From an uncultured Acidobacteriota bacterium (GTDB lineage Bacteria > Acidobacteriota > Thermoanaerobaculia > Multivoradales > UBA5704), in NCBI GenBank assembly GCA_963770895.1, contig CAVYRF010000002.1:608001-672000 (forward strand): 64,000 nt of DNA. Direction: 5' to 3'. This document shows positions 21,983 through 31,114 of this stretch, one piece after another (position 1 is the first letter of the stretch; every line of letters starts with the position of its first letter). A program made the position numbers and the translations under genes. The notes below the pieces were generated by a model. It searched no databases, was not told the origin of the DNA, and saw nothing but the letters and a program-made list of their open reading frames with translations.

Positions 21983-24235
21983 GTGCAGCCCACCGCGGAA
22001 GCCGCCGACCCGGCGGCGGAGCTCGAAGGCACCCTGGAACGGGTGGTCTTCGCCAACGAAGAAAACGCCTTCAGCGTCGTGCGCCTGGCGGTCGCCGGCG
22101 CCCGCGAACCGGTCACCGCGGTCGGCAACCTGCTGGGCGTGCAACCTGGCGAGAGCCTGCGGCTCACCGGCAGCTGGATCGTGGACCCCCGCCACGGACG
22201 CCAGTTCCGGGTCGCTTCGTATACGACGGTGATGCCGGCGACCGTCGCGGGGATCGAGCGCTACCTGGGCTCGGGCCTGATCCACGGCATCGGCAAGGTG
22301 ATGGCGGCGCGGCTGGTCGCCGCCTTCGGCGCCGAAACGCTGGAGGTCATCGAAAAGAAGCCGCATCGCCTGCAGGAGGTCGGCGGGATCGGCCGCAAGC
22401 GCAGCGCCGACATCCTGCGCGCCTGGCACGAGCAGCGCGACATCAAGGAGGTGATGATCTTCCTCCAGTCGCACGGCATCTCGACCAGCTACGCGATCAA
22501 GATCTACAAGAGCTACGGCAGCCTGGCCGGCGCCTGGGTGCGGGACAACCCCTACCGGCTGGCGGTCGACATCCACGGCATCGGCTTCGCCACCGCCGAC
22601 CGCATCGCCGCCTCGCTGGGCATCTCGCGCCAGGCGCCGCAGCGGCTGGAGGCCGGCGCGCTGCACGTCCTGGGCGAGGCCGCCAGCCGCGGCCACCTGT
22701 TCCTGCCGCGGGCGCGCCTGATCGAAGAGGCGGACCGCCTGCTCGGCGACGTCGGCGCCCAGGCGGTGGGCATCGCCGTCGCGGCGCTCGCCGAGGCGGG
22801 CACGGCGGTGATCGACGAGGGGGGCGGCGACGCTGCCGATGCCGCCCATCCCGCCGATCCCGCGGTCTACCTGCGGCCGCTGCACACCGCCGAAACCGGC
22901 GTCGCCGGGCGCGTCCGGGCGCTCTTGGCGCAGCCGCCGCTGCCGTTCGAAATCGACCTGGGGCGCGCCCTGGAATGGTTCGAACGCGGCGAGCGCCTGA
23001 GCCTGGCGCCGCAGCAGCGGGCGGCGATCCGCGCCGGGCTGACCGCCAAGGTGCTGGTGATCACCGGCGGGCCGGGCACCGGCAAGACGACGCTGGTGCG
23101 GGGGCTGGTCAAGATCCTGCTGCGCAAGGGGCAGCGCGTGCTGCTCGCGGCGCCCACCGGCAGGGCGGCCAAACGCCTGTCGGAGGCGACCGGCGCCGAG
23201 GCCAGCACCGTCCACCGGCTGCTCGAGCTCAACCCGCGCACCCACGGCTTCGACCGCAACCAGGACCGGCCGCTGGCCTGCGACCTGCTGATCGTCGACG
23301 AGGCGTCGATGCTCGACACGGTGCTGGCCCACCACCTGCTGCGGGCGGTGCCGGACGGCGGGCGGCTGGTCCTGGTGGGCGACGTCGACCAGCTGCCGTC
23401 CGTCGGCCCCGGCCAGGTGCTGGCGGACCTGATCGCCTCGGCGGCGGTCGAGGTGGTGCGCCTGACCGCCATCTTCCGCCAGGCCGAGCGCAGCCTGATC
23501 GTGGTCAACGCCCACCGCGTGCAGCGCGGCGAAATGCCGGTGCTCGAATCGCTCGACAAGGACGGCGACTTTTTCTTTGTCGAGCGCCGCGACCCCGAGG
23601 AGGCGCTGCGCGTCGTCACCCAGCTGGTGGCGCGGCGCATTCCGGCGCGCTTCGGCCTGGATCCGATCGAGCAGATCCAGGTGCTGACGCCGATGAAGCG
23701 CGGCCAGCTGGGCTCCGCCAACCTCAATACCGTCCTGCGCGAAGCGCTCAACCCCCACGGCCAAAGCTTGACCCGCGGCAGCCACAGCCTGCGGATCGGC
23801 GACAAGGTGATGCAGGTCCGCAACAACTACGACCTGGAGGTGTGGAACGGCGACATCGGCAGGGTCACCGCGATCGACCAGGACGAGCAGCAGCTGGTCG
23901 TCACCTTCGACGGCCGCGAAGTCCTGTACGAGGCGGCGGCGCTCGACGAGCTGGCCCTGGCATACGCCTGCTCCATCCACAAGGCGCAGGGCAGCGAATA
24001 CCCTTGCGTCGTCATCCCGCTGCACACCCAGCACTACGTCATGCTGCAGCGCAACCTGCTGTACACCGGCATCACCCGCGCCAAGCGCCTGGCGGTGCTG
24101 GTCGGGGAGACCAAGGCGCTGGCGGCGGCGGTGGGCACCCACCGCCTCAGCCAGCGCTTCAGCCGGCTGGCCGACCGCCTGCGCGGCGCCGGCGGGGGCG
24201 GCGCTGGCAGGAGCGGCGGCGGCGACCCGGATTGA
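21983..24235 (+). CDS. recD2: RecD2-like ATP-dependent DNA helicase
   Basis: N-terminal OB/HhH (GIGK, GIGFATAD), TGGPGTGKTT, VDEASM, GDVDQLPSVGPG and HKAQGSE. Confidence 0.93.
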   Translation: MQPTAEAADPAAELEGTLERVVFANEENAFSVVRLAVAGAREPVTAVGNLLGVQPGESLRLTGSWIVDPRHGRQFRVASYTTVMPATVAGIERYLGSGLIHGIGKVMAARLVAAFGAETLEVIEKKPHRLQEVGGIGRKRSADILRAWHEQRDIKEVMIFLQSHGISTSYAIKIYKSYGSLAGAWVRDNPYRLAVDIHGIGFATADRIAASLGISRQAPQRLEAGALHVLGEAASRGHLFLPRARLIEEADRLLGDVGAQAVGIAVAALAEAGTAVIDEGGGDAADAAHPADPAVYLRPLHTAETGVAGRVRALLAQPPLPFEIDLGRALEWFERGERLSLAPQQRAAIRAGLTAKVLVITGGPGTGKTTLVRGLVKILLRKGQRVLLAAPTGRAAKRLSEATGAEASTVHRLLELNPRTHGFDRNQDRPLACDLLIVDEASMLDTVLAHHLLRAVPDGGRLVLVGDVDQLPSVGPGQVLADLIASAAVEVVRLTAIFRQAERSLIVVNAHRVQRGEMPVLESLDKDGDFFFVERRDPEEALRVVTQLVARRIPARFGLDPIEQIQVLTPMKRGQLGSANLNTVLREALNPHGQSLTRGSHSLRIGDKVMQVRNNYDLEVWNGDIGRVTAIDQDEQQLVVTFDGREVLYEAAALDELALAYACSIHKAQGSEYPCVVIPLHTQHYVMLQRNLLYTGITRAKRLAVLVGETKALAAAVGTHRLSQRFSRLADRLRGAGGGGAGRSGGGDPD

Positions 24236-24275
24236 TCGGGCCGCCGCGGCGCGCGCGGGCCTGGCGGGGTGCTGA

Positions 24276-26081
24276 TTACGGCAGGCCGCCGCTCGATCCG
24301 GTCGGCGGGGCGGGCGGGGGGGGCGGCGGGAAGTCGCGGACTCCGGTGGTCGCGGCGGGCGGCGGCGGCACCACCACCGGCACCGCCGGCGCAGCGTACG
24401 GCATCGGAGCGACGGGCGCGGGCACGAAGGCGGGCGCGCGCCGCAGCCGCTGCGGCCGATTGGCGAAGGCGGTCAGGATCGCCGCGCCGAAGCCCATGGT
24501 CCAGGCGACGTAGCGCACCACCAGGCCGCACACCAGGAACATCGCCGACACCAGGTGCAGCACGCTGCCGCCGATGGCCAGGATATGGCCGATGACCGAC
24601 AGCGCCTCGATCGCCAGGACGCCGACGATGGTGGTCAGGTAGGGACCGCCGACGCGGCTGTCGAAGCGCTGCTCCAGCAGGCGCCCCACCTGGTAGGCGA
24701 CGCCGGCAAAGCCGACCACCGCGGCGATCGCCAGCGCCAGCAGGACGAAGGGGATCAGCAGCAGCAGCACGCAGCCGACCACCGTGATGATGAGCACCAC
24801 CACCACCGCGCCCAGCGTCGGTCCGGCCAGGACCTGGCCCGCCAGACCCGCCACCGCGACGGTGCCGGGCTCGCTCGCGACGCGCGCCCGCACCTGCTCC
24901 AGGGCGCCGCCGCCCAGCAGCACCACCAGCGATACCGCCAGCAGCAGCAGCAGCAGCGAGGCCATGACCCAGAACATGTGCAGCGAGTGACCGAGCGGCG
25001 CCAACACCAGCGAGCCGGCGTCCAGATCGTCGTCGTGGTCGCGGCTGCTGAACAGCGTCGGCAGGATCGATCCCACGTCGGAAAGGCTGCCGTGCACCAC
25101 CGCTCCGGGCTCGCGGATGACGGTGCCGCCGATCGAAGCGACGTCGCCCATCACTTCGGCGTGCGAACCCAGGTGGACGCTGCCGCCGACCGCCAGCACC
25201 TGTCCGCCGACGCGGCCGTTGACGCGCACCGACCCCCCCACCGCCTGCACGTCGCGGATCACCTCGCCGTCGATGTGCACCGAGCCGCCGACCGCCACCA
25301 CGCCCTCCGCCACCTCGTTGCGCTCGACCGTGATCGGGCCGCCGAAGCGCACGCGGCTGCCGGTGTTGACCGGCATGGTCGTCGGCATCGGCGGCGGCGA
25401 CGGCGGCGCCGTCTGCGGCAGCGGCGTCATCGGGGGCAGCGGCGGCACGGCCGGCGCCTGCGGCACCCTTGACGGCTCGTCCTGGTCGTCGGAGGCGGCC
25501 GGCGGCGCCGGCGCAACGCCCTCGGCGGGGGGCGCGGCGGGAGGACTGGGAGGCGAAACCTGGCCGGCGCCGGATGCGACGGTATCCGCCACGTCGCGGT
25601 GGAGGTCGAACAGCGCCTGGCGGTCCGCCGGCGGCACTGCCAGCAGCGCCAGCAGCGGCGTCGCGTCGGCGTCGCCAAGCCAGGAGCGGAGCACCTCGGG
25701 GCTGACCCGCGCACCGTTGACCGACACCCCGTCGCCGCTCACCTCGACTTCGTGCACGCCCATCTTGGCGGCGCGGGGGCGCAGCAGGACGCCGTTGTGC
25801 ACGCCGGATACCTGGTACTGGCGCTCGATGTCCTGGCGCAGGTCGCGCCGGGCAGTGGCGGAGAGGGCTGGCGGAGACGCCGGCGGCGCCGCCGCCGGCG
25901 CATACGATGCCGCGGCGGCGGCGCTGCGGGCCGCCGGCGCCAGCAACGCCGCCGCCACCGCCAGCGCCAGGGTGAGGGACCGGATACCGGCGGACCCGGC
26001 GGCGCTGCCGCCGCGCCGCCAAGCAGGTCCAGCGGGTGCGACGGGTGCGGCGTCGGCAATAAGATCAGATGGGGTCTGCAT
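24276..26081 (-). CDS. Membrane protein with bactofilin-like (polymer-forming) beta-helix repeats
   Basis: Signal-like N-terminus, repeated VAVGGSVHIDG/VQAVGGSVRVNG/VLAVGGSVHL units, multiple C-terminal TM helices; in the ECF operon. Confidence 0.75.
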   Translation of the reverse strand: MQTPSDLIADAAPVAPAGPAWRRGGSAAGSAGIRSLTLALAVAAALLAPAARSAAAAASYAPAAAPPASPPALSATARRDLRQDIERQYQVSGVHNGVLLRPRAAKMGVHEVEVSGDGVSVNGARVSPEVLRSWLGDADATPLLALLAVPPADRQALFDLHRDVADTVASGAGQVSPPSPPAAPPAEGVAPAPPAASDDQDEPSRVPQAPAVPPLPPMTPLPQTAPPSPPPMPTTMPVNTGSRVRFGGPITVERNEVAEGVVAVGGSVHIDGEVIRDVQAVGGSVRVNGRVGGQVLAVGGSVHLGSHAEVMGDVASIGGTVIREPGAVVHGSLSDVGSILPTLFSSRDHDDDLDAGSLVLAPLGHSLHMFWVMASLLLLLLAVSLVVLLGGGALEQVRARVASEPGTVAVAGLAGQVLAGPTLGAVVVVLIITVVGCVLLLLIPFVLLALAIAAVVGFAGVAYQVGRLLEQRFDSRVGGPYLTTIVGVLAIEALSVIGHILAIGGSVLHLVSAMFLVCGLVVRYVAWTMGFGAAILTAFANRPQRLRRAPAFVPAPVAPMPYAAPAVPVVVPPPPAATTGVRDFPPPPPPAPPTGSSGGLP

Positions 26082-26829
26082 AGACCCACCTCCTGTCGCG
26101 TTGAATGGCATCGTGCAGGTAGCGTACTGCAAGGGCCGCCAGCAGCAGGCAGGCCAGGACGACCGCCGCCGTCAGCGGCGTCGCCAGCGGCTCGATCACG
26201 GCGCGGACCACCATCGCCAGGGTGCTGGCCACGGAGGCCAGCCCGGCAATCCATTGGGCGAGGCTGCCGGCGGCGCCGATCATCGCCTGCAACACGGCGG
26301 CGACGCTGTCGGCGCCGGCGACGTGGCGGAGCACCGATGGCAGCCACTGCGGCGCGGTGCGCGCCGCGGCAAGCGCGGCGACGACGATCATCGCGGCCGC
26401 CGGCACCGCCACCGCCATGCCCAGACGGGCGAGCGACCGCCGCCGCCGGGCCACCGCCGGCGACGGCGCCACCGCCGCCCTCACCTGCAATGGCGGGGGG
26501 GCCAGGGCGGCGGCAGGGGCGGTGGCGATGGCTGCCATCACCCGATCGGCGAAGCCGCTGGCCGGCGCCGGCCGGTCGAGCGCCGCGAGCAGCTGCACCA
26601 GCGCCGCCTCGGCGTCGGCATCGGCGGCGTCGGCAGCACCGGCGGCGGCGTCAGAGCCGCTGGCGCCGACGCGCTCGGCGGCAAGCCACCGCGCCAGCGC
26701 CGCCGCCGACAGCTCGGGCACCGGCGCCGGCGCCGCCGCTCGCGGCGAAACCGCCGGTTGCGGGGCTGCCTGCGGCAGCGGGGTGGCGTCGGGTGGCGGC
26801 TGCGGGGTCATCGGTTCGCTCTCCTGCAC
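26065..26829 (-). CDS. Putative membrane anti-sigma factor
   Basis: Directly after the ECF sigma gene; PAPASGFADRVMA motif followed by TM helices. Confidence 0.65.
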   Translation of the reverse strand: MQESEPMTPQPPPDATPLPQAAPQPAVSPRAAAPAPVPELSAAALARWLAAERVGASGSDAAAGAADAADADAEAALVQLLAALDRPAPASGFADRVMAAIATAPAAALAPPPLQVRAAVAPSPAVARRRRSLARLGMAVAVPAAAMIVVAALAAARTAPQWLPSVLRHVAGADSVAAVLQAMIGAAGSLAQWIAGLASVASTLAMVVRAVIEPLATPLTAAVVLACLLLAALAVRYLHDAIQRDRRWVYADPI

Positions 26830-26837
26830 AGCCCACC

Positions 26838-27479
26838 CTACGGCTCGGCGGCCTCCCCGGTTTCGGCCGCCGCCCCCGGCCCCCAGCCCGCCGCGCTCAT
26901 CGCCGCCGCCAGGAGCTTGCGCGCGCGGTGCAGATTGGTTTTGAGCGTGCCCATGGGCACCTCCAGCGCCTCGCAGGTCTCCTGGTACGACAGCCCCTCG
27001 ACATAGCGCAGCATCACCGCCTCGCGGTACTCCGGCCGCAGCGTGGCGATCGCCCGTTCCAGCGCCCGCGCCATGGCGTGGCGCTCGACCGCCGCCCCCG
27101 GACTTTCGGTGGCGGTGTCGGCGAGCACCGCCAGCAGGCCGCCGCCGCCGTCCTCCCCCGCCGCCTCGCCGGCCATGGGCGCCAGCGGCACGGTATCGAG
27201 ATCGGCGCGGCGCAGGTGGTCGATCGTGGTGTTGTGGGCGATCTTGAACAGCCAGCTGGCGAACTTGCGCTGTGGGTCATAGGTTGCCAGGTGCCGGTAC
27301 GCCTTGAGGAACACCTCCTGCGCCAGGTCTTCCGCCGTCGCCGCGTCGTGGACCATGCGCAGGACCAGGGTATACACCGGGCGCTCGAAGCGCACCACCA
27401 GGTCCCGGAACGCCTCCTGCGATCCGGTGAGGGCGCTTGCCACCAGCTCGGCGTCGCTCGGCATCATTTCAGATTTCAC
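26838..27479 (-). CDS. ECF RNA polymerase sigma factor
   Basis: AEDLAQEVFLKAY, FASWLFKIAHN and region 4 LSYQE..MGTLKTNLHRARK. Confidence 0.93.
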   Translation of the reverse strand: MKSEMMPSDAELVASALTGSQEAFRDLVVRFERPVYTLVLRMVHDAATAEDLAQEVFLKAYRHLATYDPQRKFASWLFKIAHNTTIDHLRRADLDTVPLAPMAGEAAGEDGGGGLLAVLADTATESPGAAVERHAMARALERAIATLRPEYREAVMLRYVEGLSYQETCEALEVPMGTLKTNLHRARKLLAAAMSAAGWGPGAAAETGEAAEP

Positions 27480-27632
27480 GTCCGCGCCTCGCGCCCCCCA
27501 GACCGTACCCGGAACCTTGAGTAGGAAGATACGCGCGGCCGGGGCCGGGGTTTGGCTGCCGGCCCGCGGCGGTTTCCGCTACACTGCGGCACGGCCTGAA
27601 ACCAGACCACCCTACCCACGGGAGGACTTGTG

Positions 27633-28205
27633 ATGCGAAAGCTGCTGCTGCCCGGCGCTCTGTGGCTCTGCTGCGCGCTTGCCCCGGCGATGCCCGCCGG
27701 CGCCGCGACGCTCGCCGACGTCTCGCTGCCCGACAGGATCGAGGCCGCGGGCCAGCCCCTGGTGCTCAACGGCCTTGGGTTGCGCAAGAAGCTCTTCATC
27801 AAAGTATACGTCGGCGCGCTCTATCTGCCGGCGCCGCAGAAGTCCGCCGCCGCCGTGCTGGCCGGCGACACCGTCCGCCGCATGGTGCTGCATTTCCTCT
27901 ACAGCGTCAGCCCGGCGCAGATGTGCGACGCCTGGAACGAGGGACTGGCGGACAACACCCCCAACGCCTCGGCCGAGGTCAAGGCCGGCTTCAGCGCCCT
28001 CTGCGCCGCCATGGAGAAGATCCCGAGCGGCACCGAGCTGGTGCTGACCTACACGCCGGGCAAGGGGACGCTGGTCGAGATCGCCAGCAAGATGAAGGGC
28101 ACCATCCCGGGCAAGGCGACGTCGGACGCCATCCTCAACACCTGGATCGGCCCCCATCCGGCACCCGGCGACGACTTCAAGAAAGCCGTCCTGGGCGGCC
28201 ACTGA
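27633..28205 (+). CDS. Chalcone isomerase-like secreted protein
   Basis: Signal peptide, LVLNGLGLRKKLFIKVYVGALYL and WIGPHP..FKKAVLG. Confidence 0.85.
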   Translation: MRKLLLPGALWLCCALAPAMPAGAATLADVSLPDRIEAAGQPLVLNGLGLRKKLFIKVYVGALYLPAPQKSAAAVLAGDTVRRMVLHFLYSVSPAQMCDAWNEGLADNTPNASAEVKAGFSALCAAMEKIPSGTELVLTYTPGKGTLVEIASKMKGTIPGKATSDAILNTWIGPHPAPGDDFKKAVLGGH

Positions 28206-28283
28206 TCCGCGGCAGGCCGGCCGGTGCGGAGAGCGGCCGGCCGGCGCGCGGCAACCGGCCGCCGCCAGCCGGCACATGCGGCA

Positions 28284-28353
28284 CAAAAAAAGAGGAGCGC
28301 TTGGCAGCGCTCCTGTTTGGGAGGGATGAGAGGAGGAGCGTTGCCTCCCCGCG
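28284..28353 (-). ncRNA. Candidate ~70-nt small RNA
   Basis: Lies between a TTGACA-18-TAACTT promoter and the terminator; contains CTCCTCCTCTCATCCCTCCC; no ORF. Confidence 0.5.
28285..28314 (-). terminator. Rho-independent terminator
   Basis: 9-bp stem aggagcgct/agcgctcct with 4-nt loop, followed on the minus strand by a T7 tract. Confidence 0.8.
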
Positions 28354-28359
28354 ACTATT

Positions 28360-28392
28360 AAGTTAGCTCAAGATATTGATGCTTGTCAATAT
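28360..28392 (-). promoter_or_regulatory. Sigma70-type promoter overlapped by a palindromic operator
   Basis: -35 TTGACA (28389-28384), -10 TAACTT (28365-28360); ATATTGA-N6-TCAATAT at 28373-28392. Confidence 0.6.
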
Positions 28393-28502
28393 GGAAAAGC
28401 GCATCCGCCAGCAAGGCCCAAACGCCCCCCACGACGCCCCCCGCAAGGCCCGCGCCGCCCACGCCGCTCGATGGCGGCCCTCCTCCCACCGCTCGTCCGG
28501 CC

Positions 28503-29312
28503 TCAGCCCTTGACCAGCAGCGCGACCACGATGACCGCCGCCAGCGCCAGCCGGTAGATCGCGAAGACCGCCAGCCGCCGCCGGCGCACCCACCCCAGCA
28601 GCCAGCCGATCACCAGGTATCCCACGGCGCCCGACACCACGACGGCGATGAGGATCGGCGCCATGTCGTGGCGCAGGGCGCCGCTGCGCCACAGCTTCAG
28701 CAGGTCGTGGCCGCCAGCCAGCACGCCCACCGGGATGAACAGCAGAAAGGCGAACCGCGCTGCCGCCTCGCGGCTGAAACCGAGCAGCAGCGCCGCGGTG
28801 ATGGTGATGCCCGACCGCGAGGTGCCGGGCACCAGCGCCAGCGCCTGGGCCAGGCCGATGATGGCGGCGGCGCGCAGGCCCAGGTCGGCCAGCGGATGCT
28901 CCTCGCGGGCCACGCGATCGGCCAGCAGCAGCAGCAGGCCGTAGAACGCCGTGGTCCCCGCGATCAGCAGCGGCGAGCGCAGGTTCTCTTCGATCTTCGC
29001 CGCAAAGGCCAGGCCGGCCAGGGCCGCCGGGATGGTGCCGACGATCAGCGCCCAGCCCAGCCGGCGCGGCGCGAAGTCATAGCGTCCGGCGGCGCCGGTG
29101 AAGAAGCCGCCCACCAGGTCCACCAGCTCGCGGCGGAAGTAGGCGATGACGGCAAGCGCGGTGCCGAAATGGGCGGCGACGTCGAACGCCAGCCCCTGGT
29201 CGGGCCAGCCCAGGAAGTACGGCACCAGGATGAGATGGCCGGAGGAGCTGATCGGCAGGAATTCGGTGACTGCCTGGATCAGCGACAGCACCACGGCATG
29301 CAATGGGCTCAA
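28503..29312 (-). CDS. uppP: Undecaprenyl-diphosphate phosphatase
   Basis: QAVTEFLPISSSGH and ALVPGTSRSGIT motifs; TTG start with GGGGGAG RBS. Confidence 0.95.
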   Translation of the reverse strand: MSPLHAVVLSLIQAVTEFLPISSSGHLILVPYFLGWPDQGLAFDVAAHFGTALAVIAYFRRELVDLVGGFFTGAAGRYDFAPRRLGWALIVGTIPAALAGLAFAAKIEENLRSPLLIAGTTAFYGLLLLLADRVAREEHPLADLGLRAAAIIGLAQALALVPGTSRSGITITAALLLGFSREAAARFAFLLFIPVGVLAGGHDLLKLWRSGALRHDMAPILIAVVVSGAVGYLVIGWLLGWVRRRRLAVFAIYRLALAAVIVVALLVKG

Positions 29313-29450
29313 GGTATCTCCCCCGTCGGCAGGCGGCGGCCCCGCCAGGTGGGGCCGGCCGGCGGGGATTGTATATACTTCCAGCGGTAAAGCCGCGTGT
29401 GCCGGCGCCGGCACGCAAACCCCAATCCTCGGACCTCCAGGGCACCCCTC

Positions 29451-30548
29451 ATGCAGACCCTTCTCGTTACCGGCGGCGCCGGGTTCATCGGCTGCAATTT
29501 CGTGCGGCTGGCCCTGGCCCAGACGGATTTTCAGGTTGTCGTGTTCGACAAGCTCACCTACGCCGGCAGCCGCGAAAACCTCGCCGACGTGGCACACGAC
29601 CCCCGCTTCGACTTCGTCACCGGCGACATCGCCGATCGCGCCGCGGTGCGCCGCGTCTACGCCGAGCGCCGTCCCGCCGCGGTGGTCAACTTCGCCGCCG
29701 AAAGCCACGTGGACCGCTCGATCGACGACGCCAGCGCGTTTATCCAGACCAACATCGTCGGCGCTTTCGAGCTGCTCGAAGGGGCGCGCCAATATCTTGC
29801 GGGGCTGGCGGGGCCGGCGGCGGCCCAGGAGCGCGAGCGCTTCCGCTTTCTGCACGTCTCGACCGACGAGGTGTACGGCAGTCTGGGCCCGCAGGGCGCC
29901 TTCAGCGAAACCACCGCCTACGCTCCCAACTCGCCTTACGCCGCCTCCAAGGCGAGCGCCGACCACCTGGTGCGCGCCTACCGCGAAACCCACGGCCTGC
30001 CGGCGCTGCTCACCAACTGCTCCAACAACTACGGCCCCTACCAGTACCCGGAAAAGCTGATCCCGCTGATGGTGATGAACGCCGTCGAAGGCCGCTCGCT
30101 CCCCATCTACGGCGACGGCGGCAACGTGCGCGACTGGCTGTACGTCGACGACCACTGCCGCGGCCTGCTGGCGGTGCTGCAAAACGGCAAGCCCGGCGAA
30201 AAGTACAACCTGGGCGGACGCAGCGAGCGCACCAACCTGCAGATCGTCGACACGCTGTGCGACGTGCTCGAGCGCGAGCTGCCGGCCGCCGCCAATCCCG
30301 CCCTCGCGGCGCGCGGCGCGTCGTCCTATCGCGATCTGAAGACCTTCGTCGCCGACCGGCCCGGACACGACCGGCGCTACGCCATCGACGACGACAAGGT
30401 GCGGCGCGAACTGGCCTGGCAGCCGCGCCACGACTTCGAGAACGGCATCGCCGCCACCGTCCGCTGGTACCTCGATCACCGCGACTGGTGCACCGCCGTG
30501 CAGGCGGACCGCTATCGCCGCGAGCGGCTCGGCCTGGGGGCGGCATGA
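29451..30548 (+). CDS. rfbB: dTDP-glucose 4,6-dehydratase
   Basis: TGGAGFIG, DKLTYAG, AAESHVDRSI, HVSTDEVYG, YAASKA and DRPGHDRRY. Confidence 0.97.
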   Translation: MQTLLVTGGAGFIGCNFVRLALAQTDFQVVVFDKLTYAGSRENLADVAHDPRFDFVTGDIADRAAVRRVYAERRPAAVVNFAAESHVDRSIDDASAFIQTNIVGAFELLEGARQYLAGLAGPAAAQERERFRFLHVSTDEVYGSLGPQGAFSETTAYAPNSPYAASKASADHLVRAYRETHGLPALLTNCSNNYGPYQYPEKLIPLMVMNAVEGRSLPIYGDGGNVRDWLYVDDHCRGLLAVLQNGKPGEKYNLGGRSERTNLQIVDTLCDVLERELPAAANPALAARGASSYRDLKTFVADRPGHDRRYAIDDDKVRRELAWQPRHDFENGIAATVRWYLDHRDWCTAVQADRYRRERLGLGAA

Positions 30549-31114
30549 AGTTCACCGCCACCGCGATCCCCGGCGTCGTCCTGGTGGAGACGCCGGTCTT
30601 CCGCGACGCCCGCGGCTTCTTCCTGCAGACCTACCACACCGAAAGGTTCGCGCAGGCCGGCCTGCCGCCCGTCTTCGTCCAGGACAACCATTCGTATTCG
30701 GCGCGGCAGGGCATCGTGCGCGGCATGCACGCGCAGCTCAACCGGCCGCAGGGCAAGCTGGTGCGGGCGGTGACGGGACAAGTCTTCGACGTCGCCGTCG
30801 ATCTGCGGCCCGACTCGCCGGCCTTCGGCACCTGGGTCGGGGAGGTGCTGTCGGGCGACAACTTCCGCCAGCTCTACGTGCCGCCCGGCTGCGCCCACGG
30901 CTTCTTCGTGATCAGCGACACCGCCCACGTCGAGTACAAGTGCACCGACCTGTACGCCCCCGAAGACGAGATCGGCCTGCTGTGGAACGACCCCGAAGTC
31001 GGCATCCGCTGGCCCGGCCAGGACGCCCACCTGAACGACCGCGACCGCACCTGGCCGCGGCTGAGCGAGCTCGCGCCGCGGCTGGCGCCGTACCGCGGGC
31101 TCATGGATCGATGA
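30545..31114 (+). CDS. rfbC: dTDP-4-dehydrorhamnose 3,5-epimerase
   Basis: FRDARGFF, FVQDNHS, RGMH, QGKLVR, AHGF and YKCT. Confidence 0.95.
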   Translation: MKFTATAIPGVVLVETPVFRDARGFFLQTYHTERFAQAGLPPVFVQDNHSYSARQGIVRGMHAQLNRPQGKLVRAVTGQVFDVAVDLRPDSPAFGTWVGEVLSGDNFRQLYVPPGCAHGFFVISDTAHVEYKCTDLYAPEDEIGLLWNDPEVGIRWPGQDAHLNDRDRTWPRLSELAPRLAPYRGLMDR

